Positions 62,101 to 64,000 of a stretch of DNA of 64,000 nucleotides are shown here, piece by piece. How positions within the stretch are numbered: position 1 is the stretch's first letter; the number at the start of each line of letters is the position of its first letter. The notes beneath the pieces are model-generated. The model ran no database searches, was not told where the DNA came from, and worked only from the letters and a program-made list of their open reading frames with translations. Made by a program: the position numbers and the translations under genes. Origin of the DNA: Chrysomallon squamiferum (Eukaryota; Animalia; Mollusca); contig CM022670.1 of assembly GCA_012295275.1 (NCBI GenBank), positions 12,462,001 to 12,526,000 of the forward strand, written 5' to 3'.

Positions 62101-63371
62101 GTTGTAATGGAGACAACTTTCTTAACTTCTTTTGTGTCACCTGACTTCTTAAATGTTTCTAAATTTGTTGAATTATTTTTATCTCTTGTCTGATGTTTGG
62201 AATCTTTCAAATGAACTTTGTCAGTTTTTTTCATACTATTTTCTTTTTTCTGCTTTAATTTCATTTTGTCCTTATTTTGTTGCATTTTTCTGATATCCAA
62301 ATATGTTCTCAGTTTATCCACATCAAATGACAACTTGTTTTTCCTTGTTGTTGAAGAGCTTGATGGCTTTTCACATGATTCCAAATGCTGGTTTTCATTT
62401 AACCGATTCCTACTTTGATTAAATGCATCTTCAGTATTAATTTCTTTTGCATTCATGATATTTTTATATTTTCTTTTCCCACCACTTTTCATTATTTCTG
62501 TGTGTTCAGATGTACTTTGAGAAATTTCTTTATCAACTGATATATTACTCACATCTCTTTTGCATTTAATTTTAGACTTCTTGTCTAATTCAGAAACATT
62601 CTCCTCTATTTTCCTTTTTTTAGCTCCTTTCACATTTTGTTTCAAAAGCCTGGATGCTTTTTCTTTTGTTTCATTTGCTATTTTATTTACATTTTTTTCT
62701 GGACTAGTAACTTTATCAACATCTTTAACCAAGATCTCAGCAATAGATTTATTTTCCAATATATTTGTTTTCTCATTATCTGCAATGTCAGAACTTTTTT
62801 CTTTTTCAACTCGACCCAAATGTTTGTATTTATTTTTCTTGCAAGGTCGCTTTCTTTTCTTTGGCATATGAGATATTTCAGTGCTAACTTTTTTCACGTC
62901 ATTACTTATAAACTTTTCTTTTTTCATATCTTTACTTAAATCATTTTCCTTTGAATTATCTGTTGATGGCATACAGTTCTTCTGATCCTCTGCTACAATA
63001 AAAATTCTTGAGACTCCATTGTCTTGTTCCTGACTGTCACTGATGACATTTGTGGTGTTTTCAGAAAGTGATTTTTTAGATCTTCTCTTTTTATTTTTAT
63101 TTTTTATTTTTGGTTTCTCTAATGAGGTATTTGATAAAGATCTTTCATTCATGTTTTCTGTTACTGTCATTTCATCTTCGGATGAGTTTGATTCATCTTC
63201 AGAAAATTCTTCATTCATATTTTTTTTGTTTTTCTTTCTTCTTTTTTCTTTCATTCTTTTTCTTTGCTTCTTACAAATAACAGCATCAGCATCATAAAAA
63301 GTTGATTGTTGTTTGTAACATTTATCAGCTTTGGTTTCCTGAATATGATTTCCCTTTGACACAGCCTCATT
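59194..63371 (-). CDS. RRP8: Ribosomal RNA-processing protein 8 / nucleomethylin (rRNA m1A methyltransferase), 3' five exons, 5'-incomplete
   Basis: Exons 61837-63371, 61334-61463, 60793-60899, 59560-59656, 59194-59304 (TGA). Motifs [36 protein letters not shown] motif [43 protein letters not shown], and the diagnostic C-terminus LNPCLYKRR. Long Lys-rich N-terminal region. Confidence 0.96.
59941..60288. mobile_element. Probable non-autonomous DNA transposon remnant (one terminus)
   Basis: Ends in GATTTGACACGGAATGACCC (minus strand GGGTCATTCCGTGTCAAATC, TIR-like). Internal 18-bp direct repeat AGTTTTGAATGTTTACCC at 59941 and ~60172. No partner TIR or TSD seen. Confidence 0.35.
60300..60792. 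repeat. Degenerate ~39-bp minisatellite (~12 units) at the 5' end of an RRP8 intron
   Basis: Unit approximately TAGTTACCCTTTCATAAGAACAAGTATAATACTGTAACC, recurring at about 60302, 60341, 60406, 60444, 60482, 60521, 60581, 60645, 60683, 60722 and 60751. Confidence 0.8.
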
Positions 63372-64000
63372 CTGAAAGAGAAAACAAAGAAAGAAAAACA
63401 AAAATGAGTACTGAATCATGACCGTCTGCTCAGATCTGTTTGTTTGCTTTAGCTTTAAGTTTACTTGGAAAGAATATATGACTTAATTTTAATTATTCTT
63501 ACTTTCCCAGTTATATAAATACACACAGTTTTAATTTTAGTTCGAGAAATGATATAGGATTATTATTTTACACCATGCCAAACAATGCATTCTAATTTTT
63601 ACTTCATGTATGTTAATGTTTTTATATATAAAATTGTAATATATTTTCAGTTAAACATATTTCATTTTTAAATTACTGATGTTTGTTTATCATTTAAGTA
63701 AATATTAAAATATGTTGTAGTGATTTACTTTTATAATTTCAGCTGATGACAAAGTACCAAACAGAGTTTTCACAAGTATGTCAGTGTGGTTATTACTGTG
63801 CCAATCATTTTCTTCAAATTCCATGATCAAGTGCTTTAATTAGTCTCAATCTGGAAACAATAATAAAAGCACCTGTAAGTCTTTATTCATAACGTCTACA
63901 ATTTTTACATTATTATTTATGTAATATCGTAATACAGTGTATGCAGTAATTAACTATTTTGATGATTGTTTACATTACTATTACAGGTCAGTACATTTTT

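Noticed and set aside
63372-63419. ORF-track start MIQYSFLFFFLCFLFQ as the RRP8 N-terminus or a signal peptide
   Set aside because: It is the polypyrimidine tract and CAG acceptor of the intron preceding the 63371 exon.

Overview
AT-rich, intron-rich, microsatellite-dense metazoan DNA, probably a lophotrochozoan such as a mollusc (inferred from protein style and repeat content). Four spliced genes were assembled by hand with GT-AG junctions and consistent exon phases: (1) an AMPA-like ionotropic glutamate receptor subunit on + (16 exons, 13335-32151; signal peptide and first ATD exons not securely found); (2) PGRMC/MAPR on + (3 exons, 37392-41544); (3) ETFDH on - (14 exons, 58247-49126); (4) the 3' part of RRP8/nucleomethylin on - (5 exons, 63371-59194). 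The receptor is the most unusual object. It has Phe at the pore Q/R position and several substitutions around an otherwise intact glutamate pocket. It also has a vertebrate-like R/G and flip/flop exon layout with two competing hairpins over the splice donor, and a ~370-bp inverted repeat pair in one intron. Other signals: a fold-back element in PGRMC intron 1, an RRP8 intron minisatellite apparently derived from its own splice donor, and a sharp CpG-rich/CpG-poor partition consistent with mosaic gene-body methylation. Most short ORFs in the supplied track are microsatellite artefacts.
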